From assembly GCA_029261065.1 (NCBI GenBank), contig JAJDCB010000026.1, forward strand, positions 82,715 through 146,714: a stretch of DNA of 64,000 bases. The letters are read 5' to 3'. This DNA is from Candidatus Omnitrophota bacterium (GTDB lineage Bacteria > Omnitrophota > Gorgyraeia > Zapsychrales > Zapsychraceae). Of this stretch, positions 62,311-64,000 are shown piece by piece; positions within the stretch are counted from its first letter, which is position 1; every line of letters starts with the position of its first letter. The position numbers and the translations under genes are program-made. Below the pieces are notes generated by a model that did not search any database, was not told the origin of the DNA, and saw only the letters and a program-made list of their open reading frames with translations.

Positions 62311-62323
62311 GCGGAGCAGACAA

Positions 62324-64000
62324 ATGATCGTCAAAATGAAAAAAATCCACATCATCGTCCACCAAAAGGACGTCAACGAAGCTCTTAATGAGATTCGTGA
62401 TGTTGGTGTTATGCATGTCGAACATCAGGATGATTTAAAGAGCCGAGAAATTTTTAATCTAAGAGATGACGTTGATATCTATAGCCGTGTATTAAATGTT
62501 TTGAAATCTCAAAAAAATCCAGGCCATCAAGTAGAGTCTGGGGATTTAGAAGCGCGAGCGAGCCTTATTTTAGAGCGTCTGGGAAGAATAGATGAGCTTA
62601 AAGAAATTATTGCATCTCGAGAAAAACAAATTGAATTTTGGTCACCTTGGGGTGAGTTTGAACCAGAGGATTTTAACAGTTTAAAATCAAACAATATATT
62701 TATGCGCTTGTGTGAAATTCCAAAGAAAAAAGAAGCTTCTTTTCCGGAAGAAATTTTATGTGAAGTCCTGAGTGAAACAAAAAAAATAAAAAGATGTTTG
62801 CTTATCTCTAGAACGCCTATTAGCGTGCCTATCGAAACTTTGCCATTGCCGCAAACAAGTTTAGATAAGATGAAAGCGTTGGTTAAAGAAGAAAAGGAAG
62901 AGTTGTTTATTTTGGAACAGAAGTTAAGGGAAAATGTTCGTTACAGCGAACATGTTCAAAAAGAATTAGACGCGCTTTTTGATCAACTTCACTTTCAAGA
63001 AGCTGTCGCTGGATTAAAAAAAGACGATGATATTTCAGTTTTAAAAGGGTTTGTTCCAGTTGATCAAGCCGATGATCTTGGGCAGAAAGCAAAAGCGAAA
63101 CAGTGGGGACTTCTTCTTGAAGATCCAACGGATGAGGACGAAGTTCCAACATTGTTAAAGAATCCAAAATGGGTTGAATTAACAAAACCTGTTTTAAACA
63201 TGGTAGAAGTTCAGCCAGGTTATAAAGAAGTCGATATTAGTCCTGTGTTTATGATTTTTTTCACATTATTTTTTGGTATGCTTATTGGCGATGCGGCTTA
63301 TGGCACAATTTTCTTTTTAGCTGTTATTCTTTTACATATAAAATTAAAAAATAAGATAGAAAATCCAACACCTTTTTATTTAGGTTATCTTGTCACGGGA
63401 TTTACCATTCTTTGGGGTGTTCTTACAGGAACGTACTTTGGTCAAATTTGGGTTCAACCCCAAGTTCCAGCCCTTGTTCCTTGGCTTAACGATGCTCATA
63501 ATCTGCAATGGCTTTGTTTTACAATTGCTCTCGTCCATCTAAATATTGCACGTTTTTGGGCTGTGTGTGTTAAATTTCCAGATTTGGGTTTTCTCGAGGA
63601 GGTTGGTTGGATGTTGGTCATTGTGGCGATGTATTTTTTGGCCAATATGTTTGTTCTGGGAGAAGCGTTACCAAGTTATTTTATGTGGCTTATTGGAATT
63701 GGCGCATCGATGACATTCATTTTTAGAGTTCCTTTTAAACAATTTGCTAAAAGAATGCCACAAGAATTTATTCCTTGGTTTCTGGGCGTCATTGGTGCTG
63801 GAACGGACATTATGTCATACATAAGACTTTTCGCTGTAGGTCTTGCAACGATTGCTGTTGCTGATGCGGCTAATACATTACCTGAAGCACTTGGTCCTGT
63901 GTTGGGTACATTTTTTCTATTGTTTTTGCACGCTTTAAATATGGTCTTGGCTCTTATGGCGATTTTAGTCCATGACATTAGATTAAATATGTTGGAGTTT
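62324..64000 (+). CDS. atpI: V-type ATP synthase subunit I (a subunit), 3' truncated by window edge
   Basis: The open frame runs to the window end. A hydrophilic N-terminal half is followed by TM helices, with the conserved Arg in HDIRLNMLEF near the end. Confidence 0.8.
   Translation, partial: MIVKMKKIHIIVHQKDVNEALNEIRDVGVMHVEHQDDLKSREIFNLRDDVDIYSRVLNVLKSQKNPGHQVESGDLEARASLILERLGRIDELKEIIASREKQIEFWSPWGEFEPEDFNSLKSNNIFMRLCEIPKKKEASFPEEILCEVLSETKKIKRCLLISRTPISVPIETLPLPQTSLDKMKALVKEEKEELFILEQKLRENVRYSEHVQKELDALFDQLHFQEAVAGLKKDDDISVLKGFVPVDQADDLGQKAKAKQWGLLLEDPTDEDEVPTLLKNPKWVELTKPVLNMVEVQPGYKEVDISPVFMIFFTLFFGMLIGDAAYGTIFFLAVILLHIKLKNKIENPTPFYLGYLVTGFTILWGVLTGTYFGQIWVQPQVPALVPWLNDAHNLQWLCFTIALVHLNIARFWAVCVKFPDLGFLEEVGWMLVIVAMYFLANMFVLGEALPSYFMWLIGIGASMTFIFRVPFKQFAKRMPQEFIPWFLGVIGAGTDIMSYIRLFAVGLATIAVADAANTLPEALGPVLGTFFLLFLHALNMVLALMAILVHDIRLNMLEF

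Overview
The window is a gene-dense chromosomal segment of about 40% GC from an uncultivated-looking bacterium. The V-type ATPase gene order E, hypothetical, A, B, D, I, together with Nqr, Lnt, DsbA and a 23S-IVS-type four-helix-bundle gene, weakly suggests a PVC-like or candidate-phylum lineage. This assignment is tentative.

Gene content, from start to end:
- Na+-NQR genes: the nqrE tail, nqrF, and an nqrM-like gene.
- A large nitrogen-assimilation cluster: a GAF-GAF-ANTAR regulator, amtB, a PII protein (glnK), type III glutamine synthetase, a class-I glutamine amidotransferase, glutamine-dependent NAD synthetase, a mini Fis-type HTH protein, and gltB-gltD.
- lnt, glpK-glpD, carA and carB, purF, pyrG, tRNA-Leu(GAG), and rpe.
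- A minus-strand FIST sensor, GAF histidine kinase, and REC-GGDEF module, next to a Cys-rich Flp-like prepilin gene.
- A minus-strand uppP, EEP nuclease, and 717-aa polytopic membrane protein operon.
- trmB, a low-molecular-weight DD-carboxypeptidase, a DsbA-like protein, a divergent stand-alone L27-like protein, glmS, and rsmI.
- pyrR-pyrB-pyrC, fpg, pyrK-(TSUP half)-pyrD-pyrF, and the start of a V-type ATPase operon.

The most notable non-coding content:
- An apparent ANTAR dual-hexaloop attenuator in the amtB leader, directly downstream of the ANTAR regulator gene.
- Three distinct families of dispersed palindromic, MITE-like intergenic repeats. Several of these caused ORF-caller start-site artefacts.
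- Two small genes that look like inserted cassettes bounded by repeats. One is a 4HB/IVS-protein gene between carA and carB. The other is a small membrane protein gene next to an unusual DUF1016_N–SNase fusion nuclease.

All calls are from reading the sequence and translations by eye. No database searches were run.
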